A stretch of 64,000 nt of DNA from Anaeromyxobacteraceae bacterium (lineage in GTDB: Bacteria > Myxococcota > Myxococcia > Myxococcales > Anaeromyxobacteraceae), in NCBI GenBank assembly GCA_032654565.1, contig JAULAX010000018.1, positions 160,001 through 224,000 of the forward strand, given 5' to 3'. Within the stretch, counting starts at the first letter, position 1, and every line of letters begins with the position of its first letter. The notes beneath the pieces were generated by a model. That model did no database searches and was not told where the DNA came from. It saw only the letters and a program-made list of their open reading frames with translations. The translations under genes and the position numbers were made by a program. Shown here piece by piece: positions 1 to 10,248 of this stretch.

Positions 1-43
1 CGCCGGTCACCAGCGCCACCCGCCCCTCGGCGCGGGCGCTCAG
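1..43 (-). CDS. Probable SDR-family oxidoreductase, N-terminal fragment running off the window edge
   Basis: Minus frame reads LSARAEGRVALVTG, typical of an SDR Rossmann start, and overlaps the stop of the upstream gene. Start codon uncertain. Confidence 0.4.
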   Translation of the reverse strand, partial: MSARAEGRVALVTG

Positions 44-597
44 GGAGTACCCCGGGGACGCCAGAGGGTCTCGGCGCGGCCGGCGCGCAGGTTGGCGACG
101 CGGGCCGCCACGAAGAGCAGGTCGGAGAGCCGGTTGAGGTAGACGAGGGCGTTGGGATCGACCTCGACCTGCGCCGCCAGCGCCACCACCTGCCGCTCGG
201 CGCGCCGGCAGACGCAGCGGGCCAGGTGCAGCGCCGCCGCCCCCGGCGTCCCCCCGGGGAGCACGAAGGCGCGCAGCTCGGGGAGGGTGGCGTCCCAGCG
301 GTCCATGGCCTGCTCGAGGCGGGCCGCCCAGGCCGGGTCGATGGCCGGCACCGCGCCGCGCGCCGCGGCGCCGTGGGGGCTGGCCAGCTCGGCGCCCACC
401 GTGAAGAGCTCGGCCTGGACGCGCCCCAGCTCCTCGTCCAGTTCGGGGTCGGAGAGGGCGGCGCGGGCGGCGCCGATGGCGGCGTTGGCCTCGTCCACCT
501 CGCCGTAGGCCTCGACCCGCGGCTCGGACTTGCGCACCCGGCCGCCGCCGAACAGGCCGGTCTCTCCACCGTCCCCGCTCTTCGTGTAGATCTTCAT
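40..597 (-). CDS. pduO: ATP:cob(I)alamin adenosyltransferase, PduO type
   Basis: MKIYTKSGDGGETGL, EAYGEVDEAN, RCVCRRAER and YLNRLSDLLF motifs. Start trimmed to the ATG at 597. Confidence 0.9.
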   Translation of the reverse strand: MKIYTKSGDGGETGLFGGGRVRKSEPRVEAYGEVDEANAAIGAARAALSDPELDEELGRVQAELFTVGAELASPHGAAARGAVPAIDPAWAARLEQAMDRWDATLPELRAFVLPGGTPGAAALHLARCVCRRAERQVVALAAQVEVDPNALVYLNRLSDLLFVAARVANLRAGRAETLWRPRGTP

Positions 598-677
598 CGA
601 GGACGTGCCTATCACCGGGCCCCGGCCACCGCAACGCGGGACCGCCGGGCAGTCACCCCGAGGAGGCGAGGAGCCAC

Positions 678-2018
678 ATGGAGCCGATCTTCGAGGGCGA
701 GGCGCTGCTGCAGGTGGGGAGGGCCGCGGCCCGGCTGGCCTGGGAGGGCGGGATGACGGTCCGCAAGCCGGACGGCACGGTGGTGCCGATACCGCTGCTG
801 GCCGAACCCGAGGTGCTCGACCGGGCCGCGCTGGCGGCCGCCGCCGCCGAGGCCGAGCTGATCCTCTCCGGCGCCGTGAAGCTGGCCCGGGCGCTGCGGC
901 ACGGCGGCGACCCGCGCGACCGGGCGGCGCTGGTCGAGCCCTTCTCCGGCCTGGAGGCCGAGGCCATGGACCGGCTCTTCGAGGAGGCGCCGCTGCCGGT
1001 GATGGTGGCGCGGGTCGACTACCTGGTCCCCGAGGGGGGCGGGGCGCCGCGGGCGCTGGAGCTGAACGCCACCATCCCCGCCATGCCGGCCTACGCCGAC
1101 CTGGCCGCACACTCGTGGCTGCGGGCGGCGGCCCGGGCGCGGGGCCGCACCGCGCGCGAGGCCGGTGAGCTGGTGGCGGCCTGCGGCAGCCACATGGAGC
1201 GGCTGCGCGAGGCGCTGGTGGGGGCCTACCGGGCCCGCGGCGGGACCCGGGCCCGGCCGTCGATCGCCATCGTGGCCCGCCCCGGCGACTCGCAGATCGG
1301 CGAGCTGCGCCGGCTTGAGGCCCACTTCAGGGCCCAGGGGCACGAGGTGAGCAACCTGCTCCCCACCGAGTGCGTGCCGGAGGACTGGGACCTGCTCTAC
1401 CGCCACGTCTGGGCCCACCACGTGCCGCCCGACGCCCCCTTCGCCCGGGCGCTGCGGGCCCCGGGCCGCTACCCGCTCTACAACCCGGTCAACGGGCTGC
1501 TCGAGGCCAAGGCGCTCTTCGCCCGGCTCTCCGAGTGCGCCGAGGACCGCGCCCTGGCGGACCGGGCCGGGCTCGACGAGGCCGAGCGCGGGGCGGCGGC
1601 GCGGCTGCCCTGGACCCGGCGGCTCGACGCGGCGCTGGTGCCGCGGGTCAAGGCGGAGCGGGCCGGCTTCGTGCTGAAGCGGAGCTGGGACTACGGCGGC
1701 AAGTCGGTCCACCTGGGCGCCGAGCTGGGGCAGGAGGCCTGGGAGCGGGTGGTGGACGAGGCGCTCATCGACCAGCGCGGCGGCGGCTTCGTGGCCCAGG
1801 AGCGGATCTTCGCGGTGCGCAAGCCGGCCACCCGCATCGCCGGCGACGAGGAGACCCACGGCGACCTCTACCGCGACCTCTCCACCTACTGCGGCCTCGG
1901 CCCCTCCCGCCCGGGCGGCTCGGTGGTGCGGGCGGCGGCCTCGCCCATCGTCAACATCCTCGGCGGCGGCGGGCTGGCCCCGGTCATCCCCGCCGACGTG
2001 TACGAGCTGCTCAAATAG
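678..2018 (+). CDS. Circularly permuted ATP-grasp / glutathione-synthetase-like peptide ligase
   Basis: ARVDY...ALELNAT precedes VLKRSWDYGGKSVHLG and FVAQERI, the motif order of permuted ATP-grasp ligases. AG-rich RBS upstream. Confidence 0.6.
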   Translation: MEPIFEGEALLQVGRAAARLAWEGGMTVRKPDGTVVPIPLLAEPEVLDRAALAAAAAEAELILSGAVKLARALRHGGDPRDRAALVEPFSGLEAEAMDRLFEEAPLPVMVARVDYLVPEGGGAPRALELNATIPAMPAYADLAAHSWLRAAARARGRTAREAGELVAACGSHMERLREALVGAYRARGGTRARPSIAIVARPGDSQIGELRRLEAHFRAQGHEVSNLLPTECVPEDWDLLYRHVWAHHVPPDAPFARALRAPGRYPLYNPVNGLLEAKALFARLSECAEDRALADRAGLDEAERGAAARLPWTRRLDAALVPRVKAERAGFVLKRSWDYGGKSVHLGAELGQEAWERVVDEALIDQRGGGFVAQERIFAVRKPATRIAGDEETHGDLYRDLSTYCGLGPSRPGGSVVRAAASPIVNILGGGGLAPVIPADVYELLK

Positions 2019-2019
2019 C

Positions 2020-2100
2020 GCCCAATCGCGCGGCGCTCAGTCGCGCGGCGTCAATCGCGCGGCGCTCGCGCCCAGTCGCGCCGCGCTCCGCGCGGCGCAA
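2020..2100. repeat. Degenerate tandem repeat of CA(A/G)TCGCGCGGCG, about 4-5 units
   Basis: Visible directly after the stop codon at 2018. Begins with GCCCAATCGCG, also found at 9350 (+) and 31598 (-). Confidence 0.65.
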
Positions 2101-2195
2101 CCCGACAACTCCAGGACCTCCTCCCGGTCGCCTTCCCGGCTCCGCCTGCCTCCCCCGAAGTGGAGTCGTGGCGTCGTTCCGGTGATACTCCCCCC

Positions 2196-3173
2196 GTGGC
2201 CCCCACGCGCCCCCGCATCCTCGTCGTCGACGACAGCCGCACCCAGCTCGACTGGCTGGTACAGGTGCTGCTGCGCGACGGCTACGACGTGGTCACCGCC
2301 GCCACCGGCCGGGAGGCCATCGTCAAGGCGCGCACCCTGGCGCCGGACCTGGTGCTGCTCGACATGATCCTGCCGGACATGGACGGGCTGGAGGTGCTGC
2401 GGCTGGTCAAGGCCCGGCCCGACGAGCGCTTCCTGCCGGTCATCATCCTCTCGGTGAAGAGCGACGTCGACTCCAAGGTGGAGGGGCTGCGCATCGGCGC
2501 CGATGACTTCATCGCCAAGCCGTTCGCCGAGGCCGAGATCATGGCCCGCTGCGCCGCCATGCTGCGCATCAAGACGCTCCAGGACCAGCTGCGCTCCACC
2601 CGCCGCAGCCTCGAGGAGCAGTCGGTCACCGACGCCCTCACCGGCCTCAAGAACCGCCGCTTCTTCGACGAGCGGCTGCCCGAGGAGTTCCGCCGGGCCC
2701 AGCGCTACAGCGATCCGGTCTCGCTGATGATGATCGACCTCGACCACTTCAAGCAGGTCAACGACCGCTACGGCCACCAGATGGGCGACGTGGTGCTGCG
2801 CGACGCCGCCGCGGTCATCAAGGCCTCGGTCCGCGACCCGGACATCTGCGCCCGCTACGGCGGCGAGGAGTTCGCCGTCATCCTCCCCAAGACCCACCTC
2901 GGCGGCGCCCTCACCGTGGCCGAGCGGGTCTGGCGGGGGCTGAAGGACAAGGTCTACCTGCAGGAGGTCCCGGCGGTGGGCCAGGCGGGGGCGGCCGAGG
3001 TGCGGGTGACGGCGTCGCTGGGGCTGGCCTTCTTCCCCTCCAAGGACATCCTGTCCGCCGAGCTGCTGGTGAAGTTCGCCGACGAGGCGCTCTACCAGGC
3101 CAAGCGCGCGGGCCGGAACAACATCTGCCTCTACCAGGCGCAGAACTACCGGTACGAGGCCGATCCGCGCTGA
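2196..3173 (+). CDS. Response-regulator diguanylate cyclase (REC-GGDEF)
   Basis: ILVVDD...LLD receiver domain, DALTGLKNRR, RxxD I-site (RDPD) and GGEEF active site. Confidence 0.92.
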   Translation: MAPTRPRILVVDDSRTQLDWLVQVLLRDGYDVVTAATGREAIVKARTLAPDLVLLDMILPDMDGLEVLRLVKARPDERFLPVIILSVKSDVDSKVEGLRIGADDFIAKPFAEAEIMARCAAMLRIKTLQDQLRSTRRSLEEQSVTDALTGLKNRRFFDERLPEEFRRAQRYSDPVSLMMIDLDHFKQVNDRYGHQMGDVVLRDAAAVIKASVRDPDICARYGGEEFAVILPKTHLGGALTVAERVWRGLKDKVYLQEVPAVGQAGAAEVRVTASLGLAFFPSKDILSAELLVKFADEALYQAKRAGRNNICLYQAQNYRYEADPR

Positions 3174-3303
3174 TCCCGCGCCCCCGGGTGTGGTACGACC
3201 CAGGGAAGTTCTGCACCCGGGTGGCCGGGGCACCAACCTGCCGAATTCAGGGGTTCCGGTGCTCCGGGTCGCTGGACCGACCCGTGCAGCCGTGGAGGCG
3301 ACG

Positions 3304-4860
<1,557 letters not shown>

Positions 4861-4872
4861 GGGGGAAACACC

Positions 4873-6339
<1,467 letters not shown>

Positions 6340-6379
6340 GCCGTCCGCCCCTCCGTCCGCCCGGCGCGGGCCGGCCCGC

Positions 6380-7021
6380 TCACCGCCCGGTGAGCGGGCG
6401 CAGGAACTCCCAGGCCTCCCGCTGGATCAGCTCCAACGAGCCGGTCAGCTCGTGGCCGTCGTCGACGACCACCAGCCGGGCCGTGGGCGTCCGCGCCACC
6501 CAGGCCTCGATGTCCTCGAGCGGGATCGACTCGTCGCGCCGCCCGGCGATCACCAGCGCCGGCACCGTCACCGCCGGGAAGGCGGGCAGGCCGGCGGCCG
6601 CCTCGTGGAAGGCCCAGCCGAGCCGGCGCCGGTCGTTGCTGACGTGGTGGTCCACCTCCAGCCCCTGGCCGCGCCACTCGTCCAGCTCGGCCGGGGTGAG
6701 GCGGGCGCTCCAGCGCTCGAAGAGGTTGAAGGCCGGCGCCAGCAGCACCAGCCTCGAGACGCGGGGGTCGGCCGCCGCCTGCAGCGCCGAGAGGTAGCCC
6801 CCCAGCGAGGAGCCGACCAGGGCGTGAGGGCCGGGGTCGGCGCCCAGCACCGCCCGCGCCATCTCCAGCATGGTGAGCGGCGTGGAGCGCTCGAAGCCGT
6901 CGGCGCCCGGGGTCAGGTCGGGGACAGCGACCTCGACCCCCCGCGCGCTGAAGTGGTCGCGGACGGCGCGGGCCTTGCGCGAGGTGGGGCCGGAGGCGAA
7001 GCCGTGCAGGTAGGCGATCAC
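6380..7021 (-). CDS. YqiA/YcfP-family alpha/beta hydrolase (esterase)
   Basis: YLHGFASGP, GSSLGG nucleophile elbow, C-terminal Asp and DGH. Confidence 0.85.
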   Translation of the reverse strand: MIAYLHGFASGPTSRKARAVRDHFSARGVEVAVPDLTPGADGFERSTPLTMLEMARAVLGADPGPHALVGSSLGGYLSALQAAADPRVSRLVLLAPAFNLFERWSARLTPAELDEWRGQGLEVDHHVSNDRRRLGWAFHEAAAGLPAFPAVTVPALVIAGRRDESIPLEDIEAWVARTPTARLVVVDDGHELTGSLELIQREAWEFLRPLTGR

Positions 7022-7055
7022 GCGCGGCAGGGTCCCGTGGAGGGAGCGGCCCCGG

Positions 7056-7163
7056 GGCGGAGGACCGGGCGGCTCACGGGGCGGATCATGCGGCGGACCG
7101 CGTCGCGGCTCGCGGGACGGCTCACGGAGCGGCACACGGAGCGGCACGCCGGGCGGCTCACCG
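7056..7163. repeat. Imperfect 12-bp tandem repeat, 9 units, consensus about GGCGGCTCACGG
   Basis: Units start at 7056, 7068, 7080, 7092, 7104, 7116, 7128, 7140 and 7152. Confidence 0.75.
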
Positions 7164-8480
7164 GTCGCCGCCGTCCTTCTTCCCCACCGCCGCCCGCCAC
7201 CGCTCGCCCAGCGCCTTCTCCTGCCCGCTCTCCGAGAGCGTGACGATCACCTCGTCGCGCAGCGAGTCGGGCAGGTAGCGCTCGGCGACGTAGTGGCCGG
7301 CGAAGTCGTGCGGGTACTTGTAGCCGCCGCCGTAGCCCATGGCCTCCATCATCCTGGTCGGGGCGTTGCGCAGCTTCATCGGCACCGGCTGCGGGCCGTG
7401 CTCCTGCACCAGCCGCCGGGCCGCGGCGTAGGCGGTCAGGGCGGTGTTCGACTTGGGCGCCAGCGCCAGGTAGATGGCGGCCTGGGTCATGGGCAGCACG
7501 CCCTCCGGCAGCCCCACCAGCTCCACCGCCTGCAGCGCCGCCACCGCCAGCTGGAGCGCCTGGGGGTCGGCGTTGCCGACGTCCTCGGAGGCGAAGATCA
7601 CCATGCGCCGCAGCACGAAGCGCGGCTCCTCGCCGGCCTCCAGCATGCGGGTCAGGTAGTAGACGGCGGCGTCGGGATCGCTGCCGCGCAGCGACTTGAT
7701 GAAGGCGGAGACGATGTTGTAGTGCTCCTCGCCGGCCTGGTCGTAGAGGAGCGTCTTCTGCTGCAGCGCCTCCTCGGCGTCGGCCCGGTCGATCTCGGCG
7801 CGCCCCACCAACCGCACCGCCGCCGCCGCCACCTCCAGCGCGTTGAGGGCCCGCCGGGCGTCGCCGTAGGCGTAGCGGGAGAGCGCCTCGCGGGCCTCGG
7901 CGGTGAGCGTGGGCGTGCCCCCCAACCCCTCCGGCGCCGCCACCGCCCGGTCCAGCAGCGCTCCCACCTCCTCCTCGGTGAGCGCCCGCAGCGTCACCAC
8001 CCGGCAGCGGGAGAGCAGGGCGGCGTTGACCTCGAAGCTGGGGTTCTCGGTGGTGGCGCCGATGAGCACGATGGTGCCGTCCTCGACGTGGGGCAGGAAG
8101 GCGTCCTGCTGGGCGCGCGAGAAGCGGTGGATCTCGTCGACGAAGAGGATGGTCCGCTGCCGGTGCAGCTTCTTGCGGTCGCGGGCGGCGCCGACGATCT
8201 CGCGGATCTCCTTGACCCCCCCGGCCAGCGCGCTGAAGGGGACGAAGGTGGCGCCGGTCTTCCCGGCCACCAGCCGGGCCAGGGTGGTCTTGCCGGTGCC
8301 GGGCGGCCCCCAGAGCACCAGCGAGGGGACCTGGTCGGCCTCGATGGCCCGCCGCAGGGCCCTCCCAGGGCCCAGCAGGTGCTCCTGGCCGACGAAATCC
8401 TCCAGCCGGCGGGGGCGCAGCCGCTCCGCCAGGGGCTTGCTGGCGGTATCGCTTTCGGCGGCGTGTTCGAAGAGGTCCAT
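7158..8480 (-). CDS. rarA: Replication-associated recombination protein A (AAA+ ATPase)
   Basis: PLAERLRP, GPPGTGKTT, FVDEIHRF, GATTENPSF, SAFIKSLRGSDPDA and YKYPHD motifs. Confidence 0.95.
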   Translation of the reverse strand: MDLFEHAAESDTASKPLAERLRPRRLEDFVGQEHLLGPGRALRRAIEADQVPSLVLWGPPGTGKTTLARLVAGKTGATFVPFSALAGGVKEIREIVGAARDRKKLHRQRTILFVDEIHRFSRAQQDAFLPHVEDGTIVLIGATTENPSFEVNAALLSRCRVVTLRALTEEEVGALLDRAVAAPEGLGGTPTLTAEAREALSRYAYGDARRALNALEVAAAAVRLVGRAEIDRADAEEALQQKTLLYDQAGEEHYNIVSAFIKSLRGSDPDAAVYYLTRMLEAGEEPRFVLRRMVIFASEDVGNADPQALQLAVAALQAVELVGLPEGVLPMTQAAIYLALAPKSNTALTAYAAARRLVQEHGPQPVPMKLRNAPTRMMEAMGYGGGYKYPHDFAGHYVAERYLPDSLRDEVIVTLSESGQEKALGERWRAAVGKKDGGDR

Positions 8481-8490
8481 GAGGTTCGGA

Positions 8491-8497
8491 TATCATA
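8491..8497. promoter_or_regulatory. Overlapping divergent -10 elements (TATCAT on +, TATGAT on -)
   Basis: AT-rich island in the 22-bp gap between the rarA and nadK start codons. The + hexamer ends 7 nt before the A of the nadK ATG. Confidence 0.6.
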
Positions 8498-8502
8498 CGG
8501 GG

Positions 8503-9342
8503 ATGGCAGGCCACCCGTGCCCCATTCCGAAGCGCGTCGGCATCGTCCCCAAGGTCACCTCGGCCGAGGCGACCGAGACGGCCCACTTCGTCGCCCAGTT
8601 CCTCCGCACCAAGGGGGTGGAGGTGCTCACCGAGGAGGAGGCCATCGGCCGCGACGCCGACCTGGTGGTGGTGCTGGGCGGTGACGGCACGCTGATCCAC
8701 GCCGCCACCCTGCTGGGCGGGCGCGCCGCCCCCATCCTCGGCATCAACATGGGCAGCCTCGGCTTCATGACCGAGACCCCGCAGAGCGAGATGTACCCCA
8801 TGCTGGAGACGCTGCTGGCCGGCGGGGCCACCATGTCGCCGCGCATGAAGCTGCGGGTGCACCTGCACCGGGGGGGCTCGCCGGAGCGGGCCCTCGACAC
8901 CGAGGTGCTCAACGACGTGGTCATCTCCAAGAGCCCGTTCAGCCGCATGGCCGAGCTCGACGTGCGCTGCTCGCACCAGTACGTCTGCACCTTCAAGGCC
9001 GACGGCGTCATCGTGGCCACGCCGACTGGCTCCACCGCCTACGCGCTGGCGGCCATGGGGCCCATCCTCTTCCCCACCATGCGCGGCGTGGTGCTGGCGC
9101 CCATCTGCCCGCACACCCTCACCCAGCGCCCGCTGGTGGTGCCGGACGACGAGACGCTCGACATCGTGCTGATGAACGACGCCGAGGTCTTCCTCACGCT
9201 GGACGGCAAGAAGGGGCCGGCGCTGCAGCGCGGCGACCGGGTCCAGGTGAAGCAGTCGTACAACCGGGTGCTGCTGGTGCAGAACCCCAAGGTCGACTTC
9301 TTCGGGATCCTGCGGGCCAAGCTGAGGTGGGGGGAGAGATAG
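8503..9342 (+). CDS. nadK: NAD(+) kinase
   Basis: GGDGT, GINMGSLGF, LNDVV and ADGVIVATPTGSTAY motifs. Confidence 0.93.
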   Translation: MAGHPCPIPKRVGIVPKVTSAEATETAHFVAQFLRTKGVEVLTEEEAIGRDADLVVVLGGDGTLIHAATLLGGRAAPILGINMGSLGFMTETPQSEMYPMLETLLAGGATMSPRMKLRVHLHRGGSPERALDTEVLNDVVISKSPFSRMAELDVRCSHQYVCTFKADGVIVATPTGSTAYALAAMGPILFPTMRGVVLAPICPHTLTQRPLVVPDDETLDIVLMNDAEVFLTLDGKKGPALQRGDRVQVKQSYNRVLLVQNPKVDFFGILRAKLRWGER

Positions 9343-9348
9343 TGGCGG

Positions 9349-9391
9349 GGCCCAATCGCGGCGCCGCTGGCTTCTGGAGCGGCGACGCAAG
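9349..9391 (+). repeat. Conserved hairpin end motif, copy A (copy B is at 31566-31609 on the minus strand)
   Basis: GGCCCAATCGCG-N8-GGCTTCTGG-N8-CGCAAG; about 36/44 identical to copy B by hand alignment. Confidence 0.7.
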
Positions 9392-9860
9392 GCACGTTGC
9401 CCGTCTCCTGGACTGGACCCCTTCCCGCCGTTCCCCGCTCCATCGTTGCCGTCCGCTCCCGTTCATCGATCGAGAGGCGTAGCGAATGGGCTGCGCGGGC
9501 GGGCGGCTTCGTGTGCGGGGGGAGAGGCGTGGCGAGAGGGCGCGCGGGGGCGGGCGCTGCCGCTGTTCGGGCGGAAGGCTTTGCGAGGGGCCTGCGCGGT
9601 TGGGCGGCGCCGCTCGCCGATCGAGAGGCGCAGCGAAGGGCGAGCAGGATCGGTCAGCGGTGCGGGGACGCGGCCGGTGGCGAGAGGCGGAGGGCTGCGC
9701 TCTCGATCACTGCGCGCCGGCCTGCATCGGGGTCGGTTGCGGACACGGACTGAGCGTCATTTCGGGCGCCCGAAATGACTCTGGGTCCGTGTGGCATGCA
9801 CCCGAACATGGTCCCTCCTTCGCGAGTTCTGACGTCAGACTTCGCGAATGGGGGAGGAGG

Positions 9861-9912
9861 GTCCGAACCGGGCACATGGGTAACAAAGTAGACCGGGCAC
9901 ATAGGTGGCACA
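9861..9912. mobile_element. IS481-like terminal remnant with no transposase
   Basis: Two 19-bp direct repeats, ACCGGGCACATGGGTAACA (9867-9885) and ACCGGGCACATAGGTGGCA (9892-9910), at 25-bp period. They resemble the TGTTACCCATGT-type tandem sites I associate with IS481-family ends. Confidence 0.55.
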
Positions 9913-9926
9913 CGCTGGGTACGTGC

Positions 9927-10208
9927 ATGGAGGTGCGCCGGCGACAGCGGCTGCTCGAGCACTTCCCCCAGGTCGTCGGGCCGCTCCGCGAGGGCAGGTT
10001 TTGCCTGTCGACCACCGCGGAGCTCCTGCCGCGCGAGCAACCGCCGCTCCGCACCCTGGTGACGAACCTGCTGTCCGGGCCAGGGCCAGGCCGGGAGGCG
10101 ATTCCTTCGACGACCGAAGTCGTTCGGACGTCCGAACTGCGCCCGGCACTTCTCGCGCCGGACGCAACGCCCCGGGCCCGGCTCTCACCTGAACACCTCC
10201 ACCACTGA
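9927..10208 (+). pseudogene. Fragment resembling multicopy HNH/DUF222-like genes of Anaeromyxobacter-type genomes
   Basis: Reads QRLLEHFPQVVGPLREGRFCLST...VVRTSEL. It is short, truncated and has no HNH motif; recognised from memory only. Confidence 0.35.
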
Positions 10209-10248
10209 AAGCTTGCGCAGTGTCAGGGGTCGGTGGCAGACTCCGCCC

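Noticed and set aside
3226..3242. GGGCACCAACCTGC as a sigma54 promoter
   Set aside because: Spacing from the GGCAC core to GC is one base short of the required GG-N10-GC.
7056..7163. Possible CRISPR array from the periodic repeats here and at 2020-2100 and 40436-40497
   Set aside because: Units are too short or too few, there is no repeat-spacer array, and no cas gene is present.
10188..10204. Myxobacterial LexA box upstream of recN
   Set aside because: Only the CCTGAAC half matches; the other half is absent.
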